Part shown: piece by piece, positions 51,201-63,200 of the stretch | How positions within the stretch are numbered: the first letter of the stretch is position 1 | Layout: each line of letters begins with the position of its first letter | From: Ascidiella aspersa | Taxonomy: Eukaryota | Reading direction: 5' to 3' | DNA: 64,000 nt | NCBI GenBank assembly: GCA_963924565.1 | Contig: OZ004608.1 | Coordinates: 13,888,001 to 13,952,000 of the forward strand | Position numbers and translations under genes: made by a program | The notes under the pieces: generated by a model | What the model was told of the DNA's origin: nothing | The model's database searches: none | The model's input: the letters and a program-made list of their open reading frames with translations, nothing else

Positions 51201-54200
51201 AGTCGTGTCAATATGTGTTTTGTGTGTGAGTACATAAATAAATCGTTTTGATTTATGTTGTCTAGTCTCTGTATCACATAGAAACAACTTATTTATTGTT
51301 TAATCATTTATCTCACAGTTTTATTATCGTATAATTTCAATTTTTATGTATGTATAACTGCATATTATTACTTTTCGTAGCTTCGTTTGCAAAATTAGGC
51401 CCTTTTCTAGTACACAGCCTTAGGCCTACAGTACCTTTAATCCGGTCCTAGCTATGCGTGGCAGTTATTCCCTAACCTTAATGTCCAATTGTTTTCCGCC
51501 AGGCTTGTCCGTACTTGTCACAATGGTCACAGTGGTCAGCCTGCAACGCAACTTGCGGATTCGGCGTCCGGACCCACACCAGGGTTTGCTTGAACGGAGT
51601 CTTCGGCCTTATCGGCTGCCTTGGATCCGACAGTGAAACACAGAACTGCAACAACGGGGTGAGTTCAATTGAAAAGTGTCGCAAACTGCGATACCAAAAT
51701 AACACTTTGCTAAAGACAACAGCCATTTCAAGTGCAAAGTCAAATTAAAAGGAAAATACCGAATTAACTCTATATCAAATGTGTTATTCTATATTTGTTT
51801 GTTTTTACAATTTTTTTAAACTTTTTTTTAGTCGTTTAATACATTTTTAACAGCGTTAACGTTTTGCTTATTTTTGGAATAAAAACTAAAAAGCGCACTT
51901 TATTTCTTCTTTTTTTCGTTTTCGTATATGATTTTAAAACATATCAAAACCTATATGGCTTTAAGATATGATTACATTTGGCGCTCATCTTTGTATTTAT
52001 CTTATGGTCTCACTTTATCAATCCTACCTGTGTATATTTTTACTGAAATTCTGACATACTCCTGATATCGGCCCTTGACAAGCTTATCTTCACCTTCTTC
52101 CTAAAGGCATGCTCTTATTGGACGAACTGGGACGGATGGAGCGGATGTTCCAGAACTTGCGGAGGAGGAGAGAGATCGCGCTCCCGATCCTGCAGAGACG
52201 GACTCCAGGACGCTTCTGGATGCAGCGGATCGAGTTCCGTCTCCATCACTTGCAACCTCAACGTATGTGGCGTTTTTGCTTTCAGTGTTTTTTGAAGTGC
52301 CATTTGGTTATGGATTTCGCTTTTTGTGTTGCGAGCAGGGAAATTTCTAAATCGCACATTATTTTTGTAAGATATCGGCTCGTTGAAATTCTCAGGACTT
52401 TTTAACGGCAAACTTTTCAATATAAACGATTGAAACTAGATATAATGGCATTTCTCTCAAACATTTTTTTCAATTCTTGGAAAAATCATGTATTGCTACA
52501 ATTTGCCGAATCCACATCCGAAAAACGTCGAATAGTCAGCCTACTGCAATTAAAACACATACAATACCTTCTAATTTTTGATGCGTATTTACAGGCTTGT
52601 CCCTTCTGGGACGTGTGGGGTAGTTGGGTCGGTTGTTCCGTCTCCTGTGGGGGAGGTCGCAACCGTCGATACCGCGCATGCGTCAATGGTCTCCATGGCG
52701 ACATCGGTTGTCACGAAGGCGGATCTATGGACGAGCTGGAATGCAATACTCAGGTTGGGTTTGAGATGCAGCATATGGCGTGTTTTAACATAACTCCGAT
52801 AATTCTAAAAATAATATTAGTCAGTCGTTTATAAGATATAGTGTCGCCATTTACTTGCAAGGGCATTAGCTCTATTTTTTACAAACATCTAGTTTTCCAT
52901 TAGTTAAACAAATGCACTTTACTCGTCACTTGATCAAGTCAGGATTCTTAAACTTGTTTTATAATCAAGTATCTAACACTTTTTTCTCTTTAAACTAATA
53001 TAAAATACTATGTTGTGTAGTTTTGGTCAAATATAAAAACATCTTTAAAGTACAAGCAAACAAAACACATTTATTAGATACAGGCGTGTTCATATCGTCA
53101 AATTATTCAAACATATCCTCAGATGGCGCCTGACAAAGTTAGCTTAATGCGCCGCTCCTAATGCGCAATCCATTTATTCTTACGTACGTCTCGCCTCCAG
53201 GTGTGTCCGTCGTGGTCCTCTTGGACCTTGTTGTCGGGATGCAGTGTGACGTGCGGAAGAGGATCGAGGACCTACAGGAGGGTTTGCGTCGACGGGGAGC
53301 TGGGAGACGTCGGATGCTCAGGAGACGACTTCAAGTCTACTTCTTGTGTGGAAGGCGTAAGTTCAACATTGGAGGCGTATACGTGATGTGGTTGTATTGG
53401 CTGTCCTTGGTTTCAAAATTTCAAACGATATAGGTTTCTAAAATTAGCCAAGCTTGCAAAACATGACTCCCGGCCTAAAATGACAGATATTGAGTTTGAT
53501 TTCGATTTCTCTTACTGCGGTGATTTTATTTTATCCGTTATAGTCCCAGTCACTTGCAAAACAAGTCCAAATTGATTACCATTTAAATAATATGCTAGGC
53601 TTTATAAAAATAATAGAAAACTCGTCTGATCCTTTACAAAATTTTAAAGAAATAAAAAAAATATATATTGTTTACGTAATTATAGTGAATAACGCAATTT
53701 TAACATTTTTTTTCACAAAAATCCGAATAACCAAGTCACGTCGTTTAAGTACATCAAGGGCGATTAATCTATTGATTTTTATTGTCATAACAGCACTGCG
53801 AATTACTCCTGTCCATATGTAAAACCTTCGGTAAATGTCCGTAAAACTAAGAACGACATAAACAAAAATAAGAAGTTATGTGTATCTATCATACAGTATT
53901 TTACATACACTAACATAAAAAAACTTTGCGGACTTAAAAACTTTTGTCTATGCCGCCCACCCCAATTTATAGCAAGATGTTCCCCTCCGCAGGTCTGTCC
54001 GTTCTGGTCCGACTGGACCACGTGGTCCTCGTGTAGCGAGCGTTGCGGCGGCGGAACTACGTCACGATACCGGAACTGCGTCAACGGCGAGCAGGGCGAC
54101 GGGGGGTGCCTGGGACCTGTGCTCGTCCAAGATACCTGCAATAATGTGGTAAGCATTATGGCCTTGGCAAACACCGGGTTTTTCTAATCACGTTTTATTT

Positions 54201-57200
54201 TAGCGGGTTGAACGCTGTCTAGGCCAGTGTTTTTAACCAGTGTTCCGCAATAAGTTCATTAGTTTGACAAATGTTCAACGGGAACACTGATCGACTATCA
54301 CTGGATAACACGATGGGCGTCAATTGCTTTTGTTTTATGAAACTATTTACCACAAGTTTAAATAGTTTGTCGTAGTTTATTTAATTAGCTGATGTGTAAT
54401 ATAAAGACCAGGTAAACATATAACAGTATGATTGTAATTTTGTTTTCTTGTTGGTTTAGGTATATTAATACAGCCCGAATATCAATTTTGTGCTCATCCG
54501 AATAGGCCGAGATATTAAAAATAACAAAAAATTGCAGTTAATAAATTGTTGTGTTATTGATTTTATTTCGCCATTATAAACTTTCGTTTGGTGTTTCGCA
54601 AAATCATTTTAATGCATAAAGTGTCCCGTGGTTAAAAAAAGCTAGAAAACACTAGTCTGGCATCAAACAGTATGCGCCAAAAACGGTAAGCGAATTGCGT
54701 CATTCTTTCTTTTTGAAAAAATTTAACATTTTTGCCAAGGTACAGGTGCATAGTAAATCTCCCAATCTTATCAGAAAAGTCATGTGATTTTTCTTTCTTA
54801 ACCGATTTCTCTTTTTCTTAAAGCCATGCTCGAACTGGGCACCGTGGGTAGAGTGGTCAGCGTGTACTCAATCTTGCGCCGGTGGACGAAGATCTCGCGC
54901 CCGAGTGTGCGTCAACGGTGACGTGGGCAGCCAGGGATGCAGGGGAGCCTCAACTATGGAGGATTACTGCAACGCACTGGTGAGCTATCCGAGATGGTTG
55001 CCTTGCCTTCGATACTTTTTGCTGCTAGCTGTATTTTTCCAGTTTGGCTTTAAAAATATTTGTTTTGAAAAACTGATTCTAACCACTTGGATATTTAATA
55101 ACAATACTTCACACTTAATCAAGGATACAACAAAAACAAAAAAATTGAATCGTATTCTTAAAATGATCATTGTGTGGCCGCAAAACCGGAGTGTAAGTGG
55201 AACACAGTCGCGTCAGTCGCACATGTATAGAGATATAAAGTCACACTTATATTGACCAAAAAGGCACAAGAACCCAAAGTTAAACGATATAACGGCTTCA
55301 TATGATTTGAGGCTTTTTAATGTGTTCTATATGCAGACATCGAAACCTTACCTATCAATAAATCATACGCCGTGCGATTGATACGTCAGTAATTTATCTT
55401 TCATTTTACTAGTAGTACCTTGCTTTGCCAAAAGTGCATAGTGATAGGAAGTAACCATACCTACCCGTTCAATCGCCAGCCCTGTCCAAGCTGGTCGACG
55501 TGGTTCACCTGGACTCAGTGCAGTGAGCGCTGCGACGGGGGTCAGAGGTCACGGTCACGCGTCTGTCTGAACGGCGAGGAAGGCATGGACGGGTGCGCCG
55601 ACGGCGAGCTCAAACAGAACGAACTCTGCAACGACATTGTAAGTGAATCCAGAATTTTTTCCCACCAATCGTATCAACCTACTAATATTTTTTGTGTAAA
55701 AATAATTAATAATTCAAATTTGCGGATAAGGGTTAGCGTCGCGGGGTTTACGCTGTAGGAATAAATTGGCTTCTAAAATTGGGACCTTTCATTTACTTTG
55801 GTTGTACGTTTTCTAAGCTTTTGGAAAGCAATTAGTATTTTTTACCTAAAACAAGTGATTCCACCGGGAAGTAGTTATCGATTTTTTAGGATGAAATATT
55901 GTAAATTGAAACCACCCAGAAAGTTCACATCGAATTAAATTGAACGATTTTTTGCATATTAGTTTGTTTTGCATAAATGTTTTATATTTTCATACCATTT
56001 TTATTTAAACGTGAATTTTGAAATATTTCTTTGCTTTGACAACAAATTAAAAATTTGAAGGCTTTGGGGCATTTATTTTAAATCTGAGAGTAAGTTAGAG
56101 AAAAAAGCGGGGAACGCACAATGAAGAGGGAAACACTAGGAACTGTTTGGTGTTACCATGACACTATAACTAATTGTTGGTTTTCTTTTTATTACTGTGT
56201 ATAATAATATCAGTTAATAGCTATTTCAGATATTTAGGTTGTCAACTGTACTATTGTAACATGGTAATTGATCACCACTTGAGTCTTACTATACGCCTTT
56301 ATTACAATTCCAGTCGTGCCCTACGTGGTCATCGTGGGGTCAGTGGGGTGCTTGCTCGGCGTCTTGCGGCAGCGGAATCCAATCGAGGGGACGCGTTTGC
56401 TTCAACACAACCGACTCGGGACTTCACTGTTCGGGAGACTTGATGGACTACGCCCAGTGCAATACACAGGTATAAGAATAAGTGTTATTATTTGACCAAC
56501 AAAGGCGAGGCGAAACGGCTAGTAATTGACTATCGGATGATAATGAATAAGGGATTTAGTAGACTGGAAGCAAAACCAAAGTGCTGCATTTCAAAATCGT
56601 GACAGGGGTGTAACTTGAAATAAGAATGGACAAATTTTGAAGCATATATATACTGTTTTGGTAGTTGAAGTATAGACTGAATATTAAAGTCTCCATATTT
56701 TTTTCCTAAATTTAACCCATAAAATATTTCAAACCTGGATAAAATGCTGGCTTGTTTTTTTACTCGTTATGGTAAACAAATTTCTAACAAGCCTTTCTGG
56801 ATGGTTGGCTACCGACATCATTTTAAAGCGCAATTACCACTTAAAACATTAAACACCAAATTCCTAACAGATATATGCTTTCTGCTAATATTTATCACTT
56901 TCAGGACCATTTAGTTTATTTTGTTCATTAATTTTATCTAATAACCGTCACCACGACCTTAATTTTTCCACAAATACGTCCGTTCTGCGCAGGATTGCCC
57001 GAGATGGGACGGTTGGAGCAGCTGGTCGCCTTGCTCGATCACGTGTGGCCGAGGCGTGACGTCACGGGAGCGCGTATGTATTGATGGCGTGATCGGCGAT
57101 CGGGGATGCGGCGGGGACGCTGTGGCCATTGTCACCTGCATCAGAGGGGTGAGTTGCCTTTTTGTAAGATCGAATTTTTTGCGCGCAGATGCTTGTTGTT

Positions 57201-60200
57201 AAGTGTATTTCCTTTATAGAAGAAATGAATCGCATTCTAAATTTAAAATCACTCAAAAAATTTTTTTTAAATGTATAGAAGCATTGTCCATGTCTGGTTG
57301 TTGCTGTTTCTTGTATTTTTTTATGATAACCGGAATTCTAAGCTTTTTGTTTTAACGCTTAAGTATATATTAGTATTTCAAACCAACACAGTGGCCTTGC
57401 CTCTACTTAACGCTATAACGCAAGTTTTTTTAAGTGTGCAAACTTTTTAAATTTTGTAAAACGAGCCTCAAAGTAAACAAATGCAAAGTTTGGATCGAAT
57501 TAAACAAGAAACGGCACAATTAATTAACAAAAAAACGGTTGGTTCAACAACCTTCTGCTTGTTTTATCGCCAAGGTCTTTGTAAATCTGCCCGGAATATA
57601 CCCTTGCGACTATTTTTATGAGTGCGAATGAAAAAGATAGGCGAGATAAAACACATGTCAGAAAGCGAAGATTCAACAGGGATTCGGAGTTACTTGTACT
57701 GAGCTTAAAAATCCTATAAAAAATAAATATTAATCCAAATAACGTTTTTGCGATTAGAACAAAATAATGCAGTTTTATGTATTTTGTTTTTGCTCTAAAA
57801 TTTACCTAAACCTTTACAAAACGTTTTTTTTTTTCGGTATTTACGAACCAGTGGTTTATATTTTTTGAAACAGCTTTACGAAACCCTGATTTGGCTTATT
57901 TCAACCTAAAATGTTTTCATTTTTCATCAGCAATGCGCCTTCTGGAGCGAGTGGGCACCGTGGAGCGGTTGTAGCGCCTCGTGCGGCGGCGGCGAGCAAC
58001 GTCATACCCGGCGTTGCATGAACGGACGAGCAGGAGACTCTGGATGCGAGGGAAGCGACGTGGAACTGCAGACTTGCAACTTCGACGTAAGTGTGACGGA
58101 TAGGCTTTCTTGCGAGGGGTTTGTTTTGGGTGGCCGTAGCCGAGATTTAGTTCTACTTGTGTTGCAGGCGTGAACTGAGTATAAAACAGACAGCTACGAC
58201 AATATTCAGTAAATTGGAAATGAGATAAAGCGATAATGACGTCATAACAAAGTTGCTATCTGTATAACGAACATCAAAGCTTATACAGACATAGGTAGTA
58301 GGTATTGGCTCTAAAATATGTTCTACGTCTTGCTACAACTTCCAGCCATTAGACCAAATTGTTTTTTTTTCGATGTTAATGTGTTTGAAATATTTTGCTG
58401 TACAATGCACTGTTTGCGTTAAAAAAAACGTAGGCTTTAAGGATATATATCGAAGATATATACCGACTATTTTTTTTTTGCAAAGAAAGATATGTAAGGC
58501 GTCAGAAGGAAACTTTACAAGCAGTTAAAGGTAGTAAAGATATAATAATGATGCTTGAAAATGTTGCAGTAGCGAGTTAGTCAACCGACAGCATACTCAT
58601 AAACGCTATTTTTCAAAATAGCCGTAACGAAAGAAGAACTGCAGCTATTCTGCATCGGCTAAGCTTTACGAAGAATTGCCAGAAACACTGACGAGTGATG
58701 CGCAGATAAGTTCGGATATGCAGGCAGTATTTAGATAGCTATAGTTATTATGATTTTACTGATTTTGCTTTTTTCCTATCAAAAGCCCAAAATATGGGTG
58801 GCAGACTAGAATTCAGAAACTATAGAAGCAGTCGTGAGAAGGATACAGCTTTTTATCGCCCCCTTTTACTGCACACAGGTGACTTTTGGCGAAGAAGTTC
58901 GCTAGTTTAGCTCAAGTTCTTCAAGTAAAGATGCATTTTTTCAGGCCTGTCCAAGATGGACGGACTGGGGCAACTGGACCGACTGCAGTGTCACGTGCGG
59001 TGGTGGTTTACGGACAAGAGGACGCTTCTGTGCCTTTGGTGAAATCGGCCAACCAGGATGCTACGGCAAAAACATCGAAAACGACTTCTGTAACGCCCAC
59101 GTAAGTCGAAATCTACCAGGAAATAGTCGTGCGTTAAAGGCTTTTAGGTGTCATTTATATGTAATAGTTAATTATTTGTCGCGCTACACGCGAAAATATT
59201 TGTATAGAAATGTGAAATATTTTTCTTGTCGATTTACTGGCGAAATATTATTTGGCGTATACGTCGGTTTGTGAAGTAGTTAATAAGGTATACTTTCTTG
59301 ACTTTGAATCTTTAAAAGTACATAACTGTCTTTGAATTGATTTGATTTGTGTATTGAAACGTCTTTGACAAACACTATGTTTTTCCCAAATTCTTTGAAT
59401 ATTCTTTGAAAATAATGTAAGTCCAGATTTAAGTTAGGTATTAAAATAAGTGCGGTTAAAAAAACAGCTTTTAGTTAGTTTTTATTGTTTGACCATAGCA
59501 TTTATATTGTTACATTAACAAATTATACTGAAAAATCGTCAAGCGATCCAATTTTTGGTCTTTGAAAGTGTATAAATTTTATTGGAAAAGTCTTTGAATG
59601 TCTTTGAATTTTTTTATGAAACTGTGAGTGAACCCTAAATAACGACCTTACCTTTACTGGAAACTCCGTGATTTTTTTATATTTATTTACTGGTGCCATA
59701 TACGTCTTGGGTGACTTAAACTCTAATAAATTAAAAGTAAGTTAAAAACTCGAAAGGACAGTGCCCACTATAGTGCCTTCTCTCGGCTGTAACCCCTTTT
59801 CGCCTTTCCAGCCATGTCCCAGCTGGACCCCGTGGACCTCCTACAGTGATTGTGACGTCACTTGCGGCGGAGGGGTTCGCTCGAAGACGCGATCGTGCCT
59901 GAACGGGGACCTGGGTGACGAGGGGTGCACCGGACTCCCGATACAGGCCTCTTCATGCGCGGACAAAGTATGTATTCAAAGGCCTAAATTGCACAATGTT
60001 GCGTGCAACAGATATTTTCTTGACTTCGATAGCGGACCGGATATGCAATTGCGTGTTTCCCCTTTTTGTCTTAATGATTATGAAAGAACGAAAGCGTTAT
60101 ATAACTATTAATATGTGCAATTTGCATTTTAGCTTCATTAACGCAATGTAATGCAGGCGGAAAGCAGAAGACACATATTTTCTTACAAGAGCGATTATTC

Positions 60201-63200
60201 TCTATGGACTAAGCACAGCTAGCCGAAAATAAATACAATTTTGTATACAATTTTTTTGACCTAATTGTTATCAACAAAGATCTAAATTTAGCTTAGTTTT
60301 GCGTTTTCGGAAAATAAATTATAAAATAAATTTTTATGTGCAATTTAGTATCATTTAAGAAATATGCCGCGGTCAGGATCAGTTCTTACAGTTATCCGGC
60401 CCTTTTTGCAAGTCAATTTTTTTTCCTTACAAAACAAGTTTGTCCGTTTTTAGTCGTTTTAAGAACCTCCGTTTTTAATCGCGTTATGAAAACTTAGTCA
60501 ACAAAACGCAAACCGACTGTGATTTTTTATCGACAGGAATGCCCGGTGTGGGACAACTGGCAAGAATGGACGGAGTGCAGTCGCAGATGCGGCGGTGGCA
60601 GGAGAAGCCGTGGACGCATTTGCCTCAACGGGCTGCCCGGGGATCAGGGCTGTTTGGGTGACGTCATCGATGTGCAAATTTGCAACAGCTTGGTAAATAA
60701 TATCTCTGGCGTTTTGTCGTTTTGTAATTTAAACGATATAGTCGTGTTTGATTTAGTTCTGGGTATTTATAGAACCTGTTAGGGAATGAGATAATAAACC
60801 TATCAAAAAAATACTACTTTCTAAAAAAGATAAAGTTTAACAAACCGAAATCAGATGTTCATTATTTAAGGTCTTTAAAACTTTTTCAATTGGATGATCC
60901 TTCATGGTAGAATTTATAACTAATTTGTTTTTTTCTTAAGTGCCAAGTAGTCAATTTTACTAAGTATTGCACACCCATGACGAACCCCAAACCAAAAAGC
61001 ACAAAAGCAAAAGACGTATCGCATCGCCAACTACATCTCATCAACTTCATTTATTGCTTTCTCATGATAGCCCCGTACCACATTGAAGGCTAACTGTTAT
61101 GAAACGTTCTCCGCAGAACTGTCCATACTGGGACTCTTGGGGACCATGGACTCCATGCAGCATTACATGCGGTCGCGGCGTCCGTAGTCATGAAAGGTCG
61201 TGTATTTTCGGCACGGTCGGAGATCCAGGCTGCACCGGACCATCAACACAGAACGCCGAATGCATCGAAGGGGTTAGCGATTATACTTTTCTGTTTTTGT
61301 GTTAACCAAACGTTAAATTTCTAGTGTGTGTTTTTTAAATATCTGTTTTTAAGTGTGTTTTGTTAAATAGCTGCTTGTGCTGGAACTAAAGGTGCCAAAT
61401 AATTGTGATCTGTCGACAATTCGAGTGTTGTTAAATGGCCCGCAAAAATGGTTCATAAAAATTAATAACGTTGGACATTTAGGCAATCTTATAATATTTA
61501 AACAACGAATTGCTCAACCATTAACTGCACAGACGCTTTATCCCCGATTTATCGTGTCAAAAATAATAAAATAAAAAAGTTACACTAAATTTCTCTTCAT
61601 TACCTATCGGCACACTTACGCGCCATTCCGCCTGAAAAGTTACGAAACGGCACACTCTCTTCGACAGAATTGCGCCTTCTGGACCGAGTGGAGCCAATAC
61701 AGCGACTGTTCGTTGTCGTGCGGAGGCGGAGAGAGGAGCAGATACCGAAGGTGTGTGAACGGACAGGCTGGAGTCGACTGCGAAGGGGATGACATTGACA
61801 CGGATATTTGCAACGCCCAGGTAAGACCGACTTTGGTTTGTTTCTCTCGATACAAAACCGTATTTTAGCTGGGTCACCAATTAAAAAGGAGCGTTTAAAG
61901 GCACCTCAACAACGCAACATGGTACCACGCCTAAATACAAGAACGCGTTGCTGTGGTAAAGATCGACTGCCATAAGTTTGTCAAGACCACTATTAGCTTG
62001 AAAACATATAATTCTCGAGTTATTTTTTGTGTTAAAAATTGTATTTGTTGATGCTACTTACAGGAACTATTTTAACAACAAAACTAGTACTTTAAAGTTT
62101 TGTGAAACAGTTTGACGTGTATTTTGCGTGTTAACGGTAATCGCCAATTGTCCTCTGTTTTAGGTGCTTCATGCCCGCAACAATGCATACTTTATCAATC
62201 AGGAACAGGTTTAAAAAATAAACAAACATCACATACTCTTAATATAAACTGTTGCATAGTAATCCCATCTTCTTGTTAAGCCTAATTAAAGAAACTAGCG
62301 AAACAACACTATACACATATACACACATTACACATACAGTATAAATAGGCCGGTACATATTTTGCCAACCCCGGCGTTTTTCAACCCGAAGTTGTTTTTC
62401 TGACGATTTCTTTCGCACGGTAGGATTGCGTGTCCTGGGCCTCTTGGACCCAGTGGTCTTCCTGCTCACAAGATTGCGGCAGCGGAACTGTCAGACGAAG
62501 CAGGACCTGCGTCAATGGAGAACCGGGCGACGTCGGTTGTAACGGTCTGTCCGTCGTGATTCGTGATTGCTACCTTCGGGTGAGATTATAATCAGTCCAA
62601 GTTTTGGCGCCGGTCGTTTTGTCAATTTGAAACAAAGGTCGTTTTGCTTGCTTGAAAAAAAAACGGTTTTGAGAAAGCTGTACGAAAATAAAGCGCCTAC
62701 ATATGTATAATGGTTTTCAATAAAGCTATATAATTTAAACTGTCTGTTCAAAAAAGGCTATTGCGATTTACAGTTTAAGCTTTTTAAATATCATTTAGTG
62801 TAAAACGTATACTTAAGACCAAATAACAAATTGTTTAAGTTTAGAGTTTTCTCCTGTAAAATTGTTTTTTACGAATATCTATGTTTGTTCTTTCGTTTAG
62901 TTTTAAACGTATTTTAACCTCCCCAAAAATGGTTAAGATTAAATTTTTCTATAGAGTAAGTTTTTACGACTATCTGTGCTTAAAATTTTACCCGGATCAG
63001 GCCGCAAGTCAATCGCTAGTAAACCTCGCCACTTTTAAACCGTCTATACCGCTTTATCCCATTGCAGGCGTGCCCCTACTACGGCGAATGGGGCGAGTTT
63101 TCGTCGTGTGCTGTGTCGTGCGGCGGCAGTTCGAGGACCAGAAGCCGGGTTTGCCACAACAGCTTCGGCGTAAACGACTGCGGCGAAGCGCTGCAAGAGA

